Source: the human T2T-CHM13v2.0 reference genome, Homo sapiens
Assembly: GCF_009914755.1 (NCBI RefSeq)
Contig: NC_060931.1
Length of the DNA stretch: 64,000 nucleotides
Direction: 5' to 3' (one strand)
Numbering within the stretch: position 1 is the first letter of the stretch; each line of letters opens with the position of its first letter. A program made the translations under genes and the position numbers. Under the pieces are notes generated by a model, which was not told the origin of the DNA, ran no database searches, and worked only from the letters and a program-made list of their open reading frames with translations. This document shows positions 15,210 to 33,385 of the stretch, one piece after another.

Positions 15210-15692
15210 AAATATATATTATATACTATATGGTATATATTATATATACCATATAGTATATATTATATATAGTATATATAATGTATTATATATACATACA
15301 TACTATACGTATATATTATATATACTATATATGTTATATATATGCTATATATGTTATATATGTTATATATAGTATACTATATGTGTATATGTTATGTATG
15401 TTATATATAGTATACTATACATATATATGTTATGTATGTTATATATAGTATACTATATGTGTATATAATATATATGTATAATATATACATATTATATATA
15501 ATATATGTATAATATATACATATAGTATATATGTATATATTATACATTATATATGTGTATATATTATATATGTATACATAACATATACTATATATGTTAT
15601 ATAGTATATAGGTTGTATATAATATATATATAATATATACTTTTTATGTATATATGTTATATATGGATATATGTAATATATATTATATATAT
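15210..15692. repeat. Degenerate (TA)n low-complexity tract, about 480 bp
   Basis: Almost entirely tatata with tatg/tagtatacta variants. Confidence 0.95.
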
Positions 15693-16001
15693 GTTTTTTA
15701 ACCTTCTTAAGTGAAGAGAGGGTGAAGATTTGAGGGAGTGTCCATTATTCTAATATGAGTTAAGTAGTTATTTACATATACAAGTATAAAATACATGTAA
15801 ATATACATGCTTGTATACAAAAACCTATAAAATATATTTTTATCTCAACTTTTTTCAAGCGTGATTATAAAATGCAGGATTTATGGACTTTCTTAATTAT
15901 GACTTTACATTTTAAAAGACAAAATAAAATTCTGCTGCAGACATGAGTGTGGAGAAATGCCATTGAAAACAGGCTGTCTTTTTCACCCTGTTCCATCTCA
16001 G

Positions 16002-16194
16002 CTTCTGGCATGGCCGGCAGATGCCCCCGAGGCTGTCACTGTGGTCACTATTGCCCCAGATTTCCACGGAGTCCACCATGGACACATAACGAACCTGAAG
16101 AAGTTTACCGCCTACTTCACTTCCGTTCTGTGCTTCACCACCCCTGGGGACGGGCCTCCCAGCACACCTCAGCTGGTCTGGACTCAGGAAGACA
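16002..16194 (+). CDS. SDK1: SDK1 internal exon B (193 bp, phase 0->1), C-terminal half of the same FN3 domain
   Basis: ttccatctcAG|CTTCTG...GAAGACA|GTgagt; [64 protein letters not shown] with FN3 L..FT.Y and GDG motifs. Confidence 0.96.
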
Positions 16195-17173
16195 GTGAGT
16201 ATTCCTTTCTGCGTGTCTCTTAAGTCACTTGTCAAAGAGGTGTATACCGCTGCAACTTCCAGAATCAGGCAAGGGCAGAGGTGGATCACGAGGAGGCCCC
16301 GGATTTTTGGAGTGCTTGCAGTCAGCTCACCTAGGGAGATCAGGCATCAGTACTGATAATGCCTCGCAGAGGATGGCACGTGGACAGTGGAGGGTGGCCT
16401 TGGCTCAAGGAAGGAGCTCTGGGGACAGGGGGTGGAGAATCAGGTTCCAGCTGTGTGGCCACAGCTTTGGTCTTGCTGAACTTGCTCTTCATGTAGAGTT
16501 CAATTTCTGATTCCCTCACCTGCTTCCATGATCCCCCCCCCCCCCGACGTCCCCCAGCCCATTCTTTCCTGACCCTCGCTCCCAGGGTCCTTTTCCCCAC
16601 GCCCTTCTAAGCTCCCTGAGTTTGCATTACCTCCATCTGGTCAGTTCGAAGCCACTCCTTCTCTGCTCACAGGCCAGCTGACGCATCTGGAAAACGTTAG
16701 CTAATGAAGTTACCCCGAGAAAATAGTCACAGATGCACACAAAGATTTATATATATACAAGGCGGCTCGTTACAGTTATTTGTAGCTGGAAAAAATGTGA
16801 AAAGCATTCAGATGTTCCAGATGGGGAGAATTGGGAAAAAGTATAGAATGACAACATAAGAAATATTTTGTAGTTGTTGAAAAAACGAAACTCTGAAGAT
16901 CAAAAATTGTGCGCAAAAATGGTCATGATATAACATTGTGAAATAATAGTATACAAAACTATGAGATCCAAATTTTATAAAAATATACTGTATGAAATAT
17001 GAACAGAGAAAAGACCTTGGAAGAAATACGTCACACAAATTTAAGACTTGTTATCCCTATGTGGTATCATTATGAGTAGTTTTGGCATATTTCGTTGTAT
17101 TTTTTTGCATTTTCTAGTTTCTACCACGAGTCTGTACTCCCTCTGTAATGAAAGTTAAAACTAGAATAATTAG

Positions 17174-17489
<316 letters not shown>

Positions 17490-18163
17490 TTAAGTCACCC
17501 TGGGCTGCTGCTTGTCTCTCCCCCAGTGCTGGATGGGCTCAGCCTTCTGAACTTGTCTCTACTAGAGTTTGGCCGTCGCCAGCTCCACCCCGTGCTGCTC
17601 CCGTTTTTGGACTCCCAGCCTCACCGCACTCCCAGCAGGTGACATTTGCAGAGGCCAAGGCCACCAAGACGGATTCCTTGCCTTCCCACTTCACCCTTTA
17701 TTTCCGTGTCCTTACGCTTGCCTCTCTCCCCTTTCCTCTCAAACGATGCAGTATGGCCTTTCTAAGGGTCCTCCGTCATCCTGTTCCCTTCTTCCCCTCT
17801 CTGTCTTCATGGCGCTATTACTTCTTCCAATCTTTTTACTATTGGATCCTTTCCCTCCTCCCACAAATATGTTCAGGTCTCCCTCACTCAAAATCGGCAG
17901 CTCCCTGACTGTGCTGCCCCTGGAGCTGCCGGGATGGCTCCCCACTCCCTTTTAGTCTAACCATTGCTTTGACCTTGAACGCCTTATGTTCTCCTTGACC
18001 CTTGGCAGCCTAGCTTTCTCCTTGCCACTCTCCTGGAACAATCTCGCCATTGACTCAAGGTCTATGTCAAATGAGTGACAGGGGAGGAATAGAACATGGA
18101 TTTCTTGACCCTCTGAGACCAACAATCAATCCCTCCTCACAAAAAAGATGAAATGAAAAGTAG

Positions 18164-18609
<446 letters not shown>

Positions 18610-18614
18610 TAACT

Positions 18615-20500
18615 GAAATTTTTATTGAGAGCATTACAGATTCATATGCAATTATATGAAATAATATTGAGACCGTGTACATTTAGCCCAGTTTCTGCCA
18701 AGCTGACATTTGCGAAACTATAGTATTGCATCACGTCCAGGATATTGACACTGATGATACAATTCACAGATCCGATTTGGGTTTCTCCAGTTTTGTTTTT
18801 TTCTCTTTTGTGCATATGTGTGTGTTTAGTCCTGTACAGTTTGACACATGTGTAGGTTTGTGTATCTACCACGATAATCAAGATCTTGAATGTTTCTAAG
18901 GCCACAAAAATCATCTGGGTTCCTTTATAGCCACACCCACCTTCCTCCAGCTCTTCCTTTCTAACCTGTATGCCTTTCATTTCCTTTTCTTGCATGATTT
19001 GCAGTGTCTAGGATTTCTAGTACTATGCTGAATAAGAGTGATGAGACCAGACATCCTTGCCTGCTTCTCACCTGAGAGGCAAAACATTCAGTCGTTCACT
19101 GTTAAGGATTTTTTTTTTTAATCAAGTTGAAGTTATTCCTCACTATTGCTAATTGGTTCTGAGTTTTTGACATGAATAAATCTTACTTTTTTTCACGTGC
19201 TCTTACTGCATCATTTGACATGATCATCTGGTTTTTCTTCTTAGCTTGTTGGTCTGTTAGATTACATTGACTGATTTGCAAATGTCAAACCAGCTTTGTG
19301 TACTTAAATTCAACTTGGTCACAGTGTATAATTCTTTTCATATGCTGTTGGATTGACTTTGCTAGCACTTGGCGAAGGACTTTTGCATGTAAGTTCATGA
19401 GAGATATTAATCTGTAGTTGTCTTTTTTTGTGTGTTATCTTTGTCTGGTGTTGGTATCAGAGTAATATGGTCCCATGAAATATGTTTAGAAGTATTCCCA
19501 CTTCTATGTTCTGGAAGAGATTGCGTAAAATTGGTGTCATTTTCTCTTTAAATGTTTGGTAGAATTTTCCAGTGAAACTCTCAGGGACTGAAGAATTCTT
19601 TCTAGGAATATTTTTAATATAAATGCAATTTATAAATGGTTTTAGGACTATCCAGGTTGTCTGTTTCATCTTGGCTGAGTTTTGGGAGTTGTTGGTTTTC
19701 AAGGAGTTGATCCTCTAAGAGTTCAGATTTGTGAGTATGAAAATGTTAGCAGCACCACCTTCTTATTGGTTGCAGGATCTGTAGTGATGTCCTGTTTTTT
19801 ATTCCTGATATTGATGATTGGTTTCTTCTGGCTTTTTAATGTTGTCATTCTTCCTGGAGGTTCTTCAATTTTATTGCTTGATTTTTTTGGTTTGTTTTTG
19901 TTGTTGTTGTTGTTGTTGTTTTTGTTTTTTGTTTTTTTAGAACCAGCCTCTTGTTCCAGGTCTCCTCTTCTTCATGGTCTCCTTCATTTTCAACTTTATT
20001 GATTTCTGCTCTTTATAATTTCCTTCCTCTGCTTGCTTTGAGTGTATTTTGCTCTCCCTTTTCTGCTTTCTTGAGGTAGCCATGTTGGTTATTGGTTGAA
20101 GACCTTTCCTTGTTTCCAGTGTGAGCGTTTAGTGCTGTACATTTCTGCTTCCATGATGCTTTAGCTGCATCCCAGATGTTTTGACACTCTATGCTTTCAT
20201 TTTCATCCAGTTCTCTGTATTTTTATTTCCTTTGAGATACTCTCTGTGACCCATGAATTAATTGGAAGTGTGCTGTTCATTTTCCATGTGTTTGGAGATT
20301 CTATTGTCTTTCTGCTATTGATAATCTGATTTGATTCCATTATGATCAGAGAACACACTTCATATAATTTTAGTTATTTTATATTTGTTGAAGTTTGTTT
20401 AATGGCCTAGGATATGGTCAATCTTGGTGAATGTTCAATGAATGATTTTTTAAAAATGTCTATTTCTCCTTTTCAATTGTAAATTTTATGTCTCAGAGAA
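18615..20500 (-). mobile_element. Old L1M relic (3'UTR and ORF2 pieces)
   Basis: Minus ORF 19457-19702 contains FTGKFYQTFKE, an L1 ORF2 motif. Confidence 0.85.
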
Positions 20501-21160
20501 AACTGGAAATAATCTCAATTTTTTTTTTTTTTTTAGAATTTTCTAACTGAATCATTTTTTGGTAGGCAGGGAGCCTGTTTATCCTATTTAGGATAATAAC
20601 ACATCTTTGTAAATGTCAAATATCACATTAAAAGACTGAAGGTAGGGTTGAAGTCACCTCTGGGGGGTGTAGCTTTTAAAAGGAAAGTTTGGAGCCTGAA
20701 TGAGAGGGGCTTCAGGGGCCAGCTGACCACAGTCACCTGGTACTGGCCTCCTTCATAAAGAAGAACAAGAACAGCAAGTAGGTAACCACACTTCAAATAG
20801 ATCCAAGAGAGAAGCTGGAATTCAATAGAGAAGTGACAAGAAGCACCTATGGCAAGGAGGAAAGTGAAGTGCAGCAGCTCCTCCGGGACTGAGATCGGCT
20901 GGGAACCCAGACAGGTTCCCCACTGTGGGAAAAGGGAAAGGGAGAGACCCCCGTGGTCCACATTCCCACCACAGACTCCTGCAATCCGAGCCACAGGAAA
21001 GCCCCTCAAAACTCACAGGCCCAAGACTCACGTAGGGAGACTCTCACAGGGAGACCGTGTGATGTCCTGCTCCAGAGAGGGAGCCCACGCTGCACCCCAC
21101 ACGCCCGAGCCCAGAGCAGCTACTATGCAGTGCTGCTCAAAGAGCCCAGCCCCACCAGAA

Positions 21161-21260
21161 CATTCCGCCGTGGGTCCCACCAGACCATTCCGCCCCGGGT
21201 CCCGACAGACCATTCTGCTCCGGGTCCCGACAGACCATTCCGCCCCGGCTCCCGACAGCC
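21161..21260. repeat. 25-bp x4 CpG-rich tandem repeat in the L1 5'UTR
   Basis: CATTCCGCCCCGGGTCCCGACAGAC units. Confidence 0.93.
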
Positions 21261-24239
21261 TCTGCATCTCCATATTCTGCAGCCCCACTGACATCCCCTG
21301 CCCACAACCACCACCACTGCTGGCTGCTGCCACCAGAGGCAAAGCACAAACCATTGGCAGTGACCCCCAGTGGTGGGGCTGCTGGGCATTTTCACTCATC
21401 TTGAGGACAGACTTCGCTTCCAGGCACCCTGAGGTCAGACTCTCCCACCCACAGTTGCCACCTGGGTCTGAAGCACACCTCCCCAGCAGCAGGGCCGCAG
21501 TGCAGCCATTGCCAGCCCTACCAAGTGTTCTGCCAGGAACCTGGGGGTCACCCCACCCCAGCTGACCACAGCTAGCAACTGCACACACCACCAGGGGTCC
21601 TGAGGACAGGCCTGCTTGGCTTGCTCAGCCTCCCCCAGTATGAGCAACACTATCCAGGGCCCTGGGCTCACCCTGCCCTGTCCACCACTATGAGCACCTG
21701 AGTACTTCTCCTGGGGACCTGAAGTCGGGCCCACCCAACCTGCTGCACCATCACAGCTGGCACCCATTCCTACACACCACCCCTGGGCCTGGGGACTGGC
21801 CTGCTCAGCCTGTCACAGCCACCAGCAATACCAGTGCAGACTGCTAAGGAGCCAGGGGATTGTCCCACCACTGCTACTGTCACTGCCTATAGCATGCCTG
21901 CTGTCCAGGGCCTTGAGAACCCACCCACCTGCTTGGCCCCCTGCAGCCATTGCCAGCACCTGAGCAACCCACCTAGAATGCCAAGAATGAGCCTGTCTGG
22001 ATCACTCTGGGATGTAAGGACAGGCACACTCAGCCCACTGCTGCCACCACTGGGGCCCAAGGATTGGCCCACCTGGTGTCCCTGTCCCCAGCAAAACTTT
22101 ACCACAGCCTCTACTAACAACCACACCCTAAGCCGCTGAGGAAATCACAGACACCACTGATGCTGTTTACAGCCAAATAAATTATATGGAGACTACACTA
22201 CTGCTTCATCCAGAATCAAAGCCAAAGTACCCTATCCAATCAACACCATAGATACATCTTCAGGAAAAAGCCCTCCTTTATGAAAGCAAATCCAAAAAAT
22301 TAGAAGAAGCAACTGTTACACCAGATGTGCAGATATCAACATAAGGACACAAGAAATATGAAAATGCAAGGAAGTATAACACTTCCAAAGGAACATGGTA
22401 ATTCTCTAGCAACAGATTCCAATGAAAAAGAAATTATGAAATCCCAGAAAAAAAATAAAAAATAATGATATTAAGGAAAGTCAGATAAAAGAGACACAGA
22501 TAAATAATACAAAATAATCCAAAAAACATTTCAATACATGAATGAGAAATTTACCAAAGAGATAAATATTATAAAAAAGAACCAAACAGATATCCAGGAA
22601 CTAATTAATTCATTGACTGAAATTTAAAAATACAATAGTAAGCTTCGGCAGTAGACTAGATGAGACAGCAGAAGGAATTTCAGAATTTAAAGTTGAATAA
22701 AGACTATGTGATATATGAGTCACCATAAAGGAATGAGTATTTGAATTTTTGATGTCCCAGAAGGTGAAAAGAAAACCAAAGGGATACAAACCTGATTTAA
22801 CAAAATAATGGCTGAAACCCAAGTCTAGCAAGAGATTTAGACATCCAGATATGGGAGGCTCAGAGATCCACAAATAAATAGATACTATTCAGAAAGGTCT
22901 TCTCCATGGCACATTGTAGTCAAATTATCAAAAGTTGAAGACAGAATTCCAAAAACACCAAAAGAAAAGCATCTACTCACTTATAAGAGAACCCCCATCA
23001 GACTAACAGTGGATTTATCAGCAGAAACCTTACATGCCAAGAGAAAAATGGGATGATATATTCAAAGTACTGGGGAAAAAAATAACTTGTTAGCCAAGAG
23101 TACTATATGCATAAAAGTTACCCTTCACAAATGAAAGAGAAATAAAGTATTTCCTAGATAAGTAAAAGCTGAGGGAATTCATCTCCACTGGACTGGCCCT
23201 ACAAGAAATGCTTAATGAATTCCCACACCTGAAGTGAAAGAACAATATCTACCATCATGAAAATGTACAAACGTATAAAACCCATTGGTAGAGCAAACAC
23301 ACAAATAAGGAAGAGAAAGGACCCAAATGTTACCACTACAGAAAACCACCAAACCTCAAAAATAAACAATGAGAGAGAAAGAAGGGAACAAAGGATATAT
23401 AAACCAACCAGAAATCAATTAATAATTACTAGAATAAGCCCTGACATATCAATAGTAACCTTGAATTTAAATAGATTAAAGTATCCAAAAGGATAGACTG
23501 GCTGAATGGATAAAAACAAAAACAAAAACAAAAACAAACCATGACCCAACTATAGGCTGTGTACAAGAAACTCAGCTCACTTGTAAAGACACATGTAGAC
23601 TGAAAGTAAAGAGATGGAAAAAGAGATTTTGTGCAAACAGAAAGCAAAAGTGAACAGGAGTAGGTACGCTTAGATAAAATACTTTAAGTAAAAAACAGTA
23701 AAAAGAGACAAAGAAGGTTATTGTGTAATGATAAAGTTATGAATTCAACAAGAGGATATAACAATTCTAAACATATATAGACCAAACACTGGAGCACTCA
23801 GATATATAAAGCAAATATTATTAGATCTACAGGGAGAGACAGCAATACAATAATACTTGGGGACTTTAACATCCCCCTCTCAGCATTAGACAGGTCATCT
23901 TGACAGAAAAATAACAAAGAAACATTGGATTTAAACTGCGCTTTAGACTAAATGGACCTAACAGACATTTACAGAACATTTCATCTAATAGCTACAGAAT
24001 GCACATTCTTTTCATCAGTACATGTAACATTCTCCAAGACAGACCCTATGTTAGGACACAAAGCAAATCTCAACAACTTTTAAAAGACTAAAATTCGATC
24101 GATATCTTCTTAGACCACAATGGAATAAAACTGGAAATCAGTAATGAGGAACTTTGGAATCTGTACAAATACATGGAAATTAAATAGCATGCTCCTGAAT
24201 GACCTTTGGGTCAAGGAAGAAATTAAGGAGGAAATTTAA

Positions 24240-24546
<307 letters not shown>

Positions 24547-24765
24547 GAAATTTCTTGAAACAAATGAAAATTGAAATACGACATACAGAAACCTACAGGA
24601 TACAGCAAAAGCGATGCTAAGAGCCTACAATAAATGCCTACATCAGAAAAAAGTAGAAAGATTTCAAACAATCTAGTGATACACCTCAAGGACAAACCAA
24701 ACCCAAAATTAGTAGAAGGAAAGATATAATAAAGATCAGAGCAGACCTAATGAAACAAAGACTTA

Positions 24766-26509
<1,744 letters not shown>

Positions 26510-29500
26510 AAAAACAATACAAATGGTTAAACAAAACTCAGTTTTAGGGAAGATACACAAAATCAATAAACTGCTAGCTAGACTTAAGAAGAATAAAAGA
26601 CAGATTACTTAAGGAAACAAAATCAGAAATGCAAAAGGAGACATTATAACTGATACCACAGAAATACAAAATATCATTTGAGACTCTTACTAACAACTAT
26701 ACACTAACAAATTGGAAAACCTAGGAGAAATGGATAAATTCCTGAACACATACAACCTACCAAGATTGAATCAGAAAGAAACATAAAATCTGAACAGACT
26801 AATAATGGGTAATGAGATTGAGTCAGTAATAACTCTCCCAACAAAGAAAAACCCAGGGCCAAGTGGTTTCACTGACAAATTCTACCATACTTTCAAGGAA
26901 GAACTAAAACCAATTCTCCTCAAACTATTCCAAAAAATTAAAGAAGAGGAAATTCTTTCTAACTCATTTTATGAGGTCAGTGTTACCCAGATACCAAAAC
27001 CAGACAAGGACATAACAACAAAAAACTACAGTCCATTATCCCTGATGAACATAGACACAAAAATCCTCAACAAAAATATTAGCAAACTGAATCCAACAGC
27101 ACGTCAGAAATATAATACACCATGCTCATGTGAGATTTATCCCAGGGATGCAAGGATGGTTCAACATATACATATCCATAAATGTGATACATCACTCCAA
27201 CATAATAAAAGACAAAAACCATGTGATCATCTCAACAGATGCATAAAAAGCATTTAATAAAATTTAACATCCCTTTATAATAAAAACTCTCAACAAACTA
27301 GGCATAGTAGAAACATACCTCAGTATGATAAAGTCTGTATATGAAAAACCCACAGCTAACATCACACTGAATGGGGAAAAGCTGAAATCCTTTCCTCTGA
27401 TAACTGGAACAAGACAAAGATGCCCACTTTCATCACACCTATTTGTAGTACTGGAAGTCCTAGCCACAGCAGTCAGGCAAAAGAAAGGAATAAAAGGCAT
27501 CTAAATTGGAAAAGAGGAAGTCAGATTGTTCTCTTTGCAGATGACATGATCTTGTGTCTAAACAAACCTAGACTCCACCAAAAAACTCCTATATCTGATA
27601 AATAAATTTGGTGAGGTTGCAGGATACAATAGCAACACACAAAAATCAGTAGCATTTCTATAAACCAATAATGAACTAGCTGAGAAATAAATCAAGAAGT
27701 TGATTCCATTTACAATAGCTATAAAAGAAAAACATATCTAGGAATTAATTTAACCAAGGAGGTGAAAGATCTCTACAAAGAAAAATACAAAACATTGATG
27801 AAAGGAACTAAGAAACTGAAGAAGACACAAGTAAATAGAAAGACATCCCATGCTCATGGATCAGAAGAATTAGCATTATTAAAATGACCATACTCCCCAA
27901 ATGAATCTAATGACTCAATGCAATCTCTATCAAAATACCAGTGTCATTTTCACAGAAATAGCAAAAAAAAAAAACAAAAAACCCCGTAAATTCTTGTGGA
28001 ACCCAAAAAGAGCCCAAATAGCCAAAGCAATCCATAGCAAAAATAACGAAACTGGAGGAATCACACTACCTATCTTTGAAATATATGACAAGTCTATAAT
28101 AACCAAAACCATGGCATGGTATTGGCGTTAACAACAGACACATAGACCAATGGAACAGAATAGAGCACCCAGAAACATATCCATATATTTACAACCAACT
28201 GATTTTCGATAAAGGTGGCAGGATACCTTCAATAATTTTGGTGCTAGGAAAATTGGATATCCATATGCAGAAGATCGAAATTAAAAAATAACTCAAGATG
28301 GATTAAAGACTTAAATGTAACACTTGAAATTATAAAACTACTAAAATAAAACACAGGGGAAACACTTCAGGACATTAGTGTAGGCAAAGATTTTATGGCT
28401 AAGATCTCAAAAGCACAGGCAACAAAACCAAAAATAGACAAATGGGACTATATCAAACTTAAAAACTTCTGTACAGCAAAGGAAATGGTAAACAGAGTGA
28501 AGAGACAGCCTGTTGAATGGGAGAAAATATTTGCAAACTATTCATCTGGTAAGGGATTAATATCTAAAATATACAAAGAACTCAGCTCAACAGTTTAAAA
28601 AATCTCATTTAAAAAGTGGGCAAGGGACATGAATAAACCCTTGTCAAAAGCAGACATACAGATGGTCAACGTGTCTATGAAAAAATGCCCAGTATCACTA
28701 ATCATCAAGGAAATGCTAATCAAAACCTCAATGAGGTACCATTTTATCCCAGTCAGAATCACTAGAATTAAAAAGACATAAAAAATGCTGACAATCATGT
28801 GGAGAACAGGGAACTCTAATACACTGTTGGTGATGATGTAAATTAGTACAGCCACAATGGAAAACAGTATAAGTTTTCAAAAAACTAAAAATAGAACTAC
28901 CCTATGAGCCAGCAATCCCACTATTGGGTATTTATCCATAGGAAAGGAGTCAGTGCATCAAAGGATACCCATACCCCATGCTTACTGCAGCACCATTCAC
29001 AGTAGCCAAGATACGGAATCAACCCAAGCGTCCATCAGTAGACCAACGGATAAGAAAATGTGGTGTATATACATAGTGGAATACTATTCAGCCACAAGAA
29101 AGAATGAAATCCTGTCATTTGCAGCAACATGCAGGGAACTGGAGGGCATTACATCAATGCCCTCAGGAAAACAAATATCACAAGTTCTCACTCATAAGTA
29201 GTAGCTTAAAAGGCCAATCTCATGGAGATAAGAGAGTAGAATGAAAGATACTAGAGGCTGGGAGGGGTGTGTCGGTGGAGCAGGGTGGTGGGGAGAAAGA
29301 GAGGTTAGTTGATGGGCATAAACATTCAGTTAAACAGAAGGAGTAAGTTCCAATGCTCCGTGGCACAGTAGAGTGACTACAGCTAACAATGATGTATATT
29401 TCAAAATACCAAGGAAAGAGGATTTCGAATGTTCACAACACATAGAAATGATAAATACTCCAGGCCATAGGCACTCTGAACACCCTAACTTGGCCGTTAC

Positions 29501-30058
29501 ACAGTCAGTGCCTGTAACAAAACGTCACCTGTACCATAGAAATGTGTACAAGTATTATGTATCAATAAAAAAGAAAGTAAAGAAAGCTTCAGACTCTCGG
29601 GTGCTGGAGAAACGGCCTCCTTTTCTCTTTAGCTGATGGTGCTGTAGTTAGTTCCACACCCAGCAGGACTTCTTTCCCAAAGCTCCGAGGAAATGAGAAG
29701 TTGTTGGGAGAGGGTAGCAGTAAAGAGGAAACAGAATATAAATTTTAAGCTGAGACATCGCCAGCTGATTGCAGCAGAGCTAGAGGACAGCATCTTTGGG
29801 CAGGAATCCAGGAAGCAGAAACATAATATAAAAGGAGCAAAAAGGTTTCTTTCCTTCTCCATCGATTGAAAAAAGAACAAGTCAGTGCAAAAATCTGTCA
29901 GAATGTCTTTCTGGAGGCTCACAATTGTGGGAGGATGAGATGGTCTTGACAGCCATTCTATTTTACCATCTTCCACACTAGAAAAGTGAAATTTATCAGA
30001 GCATTTGAGCTTATCTGTGAAAAGTCTTTTCAAAGTTTCACCCAGATGAGTGGTTGTT

Positions 30059-30094
<36 letters not shown>

Positions 30095-32201
30095 AGGCTG
30101 TTACCATTTTAAAAAAATTACGACTTGTGTTAGAAGGCTTTGTCCAAGTACCAACTCAGTGCTCGGTATGGAATTCACCCTAAAAATCTAATGTTTGTGC
30201 AAGTGAGGCTGGCAGTAACCAGAACAGGGACTTTGCAGGGGTGAGACTTCTCTGTAGGAATCCTGGATACTCTTTCAGGACAACTGACACCCTTGACTTC
30301 ATGCTCTCCTATTTTAAGCTGAAAGACTTGCATTTTTTATTACTAAAAAGATTTGAATGTGGCGCCATCCAGCAGGTTCACTAGGGGAGTCGTGTGGTGT
30401 GGAGCTTTCAGTAGGAACCAGTGTTCCCTGCCTGGCGTGGAGGGTGTACTCAGCTGATACATACAGAAACTGACGGATGTCTCGTCTCTTCTCCATCATT
30501 CTTTTCCTCCCTTTTCCCCGGTTCTGCCTTTGAACTACCCTTTCCTCCTGCCCTTTTCTCCTCCCTGGCTTTGTCGCTATGTTTCTCCTGAACGGGTATC
30601 TGGAGGGGTAGGCATGGGGGCATTGTCAGAGAGGAGGTAGGGCTCTCAATGGCAGGCGGGGAAGCAGGGCCAACCCGGGCAGCTGTGTTTGTGTTTGCTG
30701 CTGAGATCAATGGATGGAGGGGCACTTTCAGGCACCGCACAGGTGCCTGTGGTGCCTGACTTAGGGAATGGGAGTGCACTGTCTCTCTTCCCCTCATCCT
30801 TCCCTCCATTTGCTCGTAAGACGCCAGCCTCCCCAAAAGCGTTTCCATTTCCACCTGCTCCTCATGCCTTGCACAGCAGCTATGGCTATAGAGAGACCAT
30901 GGAAGGCACATGGCAGGGCTTGGGAGTAACGGCATCCGGGAGAACATCACCATCAGGACATCCACCTATCTCCTCCAGATAGCCAGGCATCCTCTCCTCC
31001 CTCCCCATCACCACACAGTGTGGGCTGGCCCTGATGGGACCGATGGGACCTGCTATGGGAACACTAAAAGGCTCTAAACCTGGGTGAGCTGGTGCAAGAG
31101 ATGTGGGTCAGAACTGCCAGATGTCCCTGCTGTCCGGCCAGCAGCGACTTGCTGTGGGCCCTGCTGTCCCTGAGTCGCAGGCAGGTGGTCCATCTGCATG
31201 TGGGGCGGAGCTCTGCGCCTGTGGCCGCCCTTCCTCAAGCAGTTTGCTTTGCTGAGCTGCACCTGCATCTTGGATTTTTAACTCATGTTTTAGACTCTCA
31301 GGTCTTTTCTCTGGGGTGGCATCCTCTGATCCTAGGAATGAGTTTATGTTCTGATGAGAGGTTCATCATCATGACAGCGGCTGATGATCATGGAACATTT
31401 TCATGGTGCCCGGGACATCCTCGTGTTTTCATGTTTTATTACAATTTATTCTTATAATTGTCTCGCTGAGTTATTTTTATTTTCCCTGCTTCACACATTA
31501 ACAGACTAAGGTGTCGAGAGTGTAATTTCCTAGGCAGCAAGTAGCTCAGCCAGGTCTGACACCCAGCTTGGACGCCAGCGTTCAAGCGTAACTCTGCGGC
31601 TCTGCCTGCCCGTGTTAGCAAGGGGGCCGCAGGGCACAGAAGCTCCTGGGAAAGGAATTTGTTTTTGCTGGGATTTTCTCAGGCCACTGCCTCGCCCCTC
31701 TGGAATCCTTCAGGATACCGATTGGGTTTGGAGCCTGGAGTTCTGGACCAGGTTGGCAGGTGAGCCTGCCCCTGGGCCCAGGGTCCTTTTCTGGTTTGCA
31801 CAAGGTTACAGATGGCCCCCACACAAGCCAGACACGGGGTTGCATACACCATGGAGGAACACTCAGAGGAGGCAGTTGCTCTTGAGAATCCAGCCAGCCT
31901 GATTGTTCTAATCAGATTAGATCAAGGAGAAAGACAGAGAATGGTTTGTGTATAAATCTCCTGCCACCAGTAGCTCCAGTGCCCTGTGTGGCTGGGATGA
32001 AGCTGGAGAAAATAATGTGTGTGATGATAGCCAGGATGCCTTGAACACCCTCCTTCTTTCTGCATTCCACTGATGTCTCCTGCAGGGTTTTGCAGCCCCA
32101 GCTCACCACTTTCCTTCCATAGTTAGAACCTTCCCCACACATCTGATCAAAAGAAAATTTGGGCTATTGTGTTAACAGATGACTTTGCTTTTAATTGGTA
32201 G

Positions 32202-32300
32202 AACCAGGAGCTGTGGGACATCTGAGTTTCACAGAGATCTTGGACACATCTCTCAAGGTCAGCTGGCAGGAGCCCCTGGAGAAAAATGGCATCATTACTG
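32202..32300 (+). CDS. SDK1: SDK1 internal exon C (99 bp, phase 1->1), absent from the ORF track
   Basis: ttggtAG|AACCAGGA...ATTACTG|GTaagt; (K)[32 protein letters not shown](G), typical FN3 'VSW..P...NG.I.GY'; bridges exons B and D in frame. Confidence 0.95.
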
Positions 32301-33010
32301 GTAAGTAGGCCTGTCCTTCAAAAAAGGAAAAGATAAGTTTGTCCTCACAAAAAGAAGTGGCTGTCACTTCAAACCAAACTGCTGACAGCATGGACCCGTG
32401 CCCATGGCCTTCTCAAGAGGAACTGAAAAGTCTTCCTGGCCGTGTGGCAGAGTCCCAGCACTGGGACTGCCCCAGTGAGAGCCAGCCTGGTCTGGGGCCC
32501 TTTACTGTGTGGGCAGCAGCCATAGTTTGAGATCTGTTCTCCTCGCATGATCTTAGTAGGTGTCCAGAGTCTCTGACCAATGAGAGTCAGTCATGTTATG
32601 ACACATTTGTTCACATGCGTGTGTCTTGCTTAATTCTCATAGCAGCATGGTAAGGTCAATATCGATATTATGACCATTTTACAGATGAGGAAACTGAGGC
32701 CCCGAGAGGGTGGGTGACCTTTCCTTCATTCAGCAGATGGCACTGAGCGCTCCTGTGGGCAGCCAGCCTTCTCAGACACAGCCAGGTGGTGTGACTATGA
32801 GGCTTACGTGCCTGTGTCTCAGCCCTCGTCCCACAGCTGTGAGCCGCAAGGGTGAGATCTGGGTCTTCTGACTCCAGATCCCATGTTCTGTCCCCTCCCC
32901 ACCCTGCCCTCCAGTGAGAGCCCTGAGGAGACTGTGAGGCAGGTACTTCGGAGGAGGTTCTGAGCTGTACCAGGGATGGGGGCTGAGCCTTAGAGGCCCC
33001 TGGGCAGTGA

Positions 33011-33385
<375 letters not shown>

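Noticed and set aside
20849-21591. 238-aa and 187-aa ORFs
   Set aside because: GC-rich L1 5'UTR plus tandem repeat; no recognisable domain
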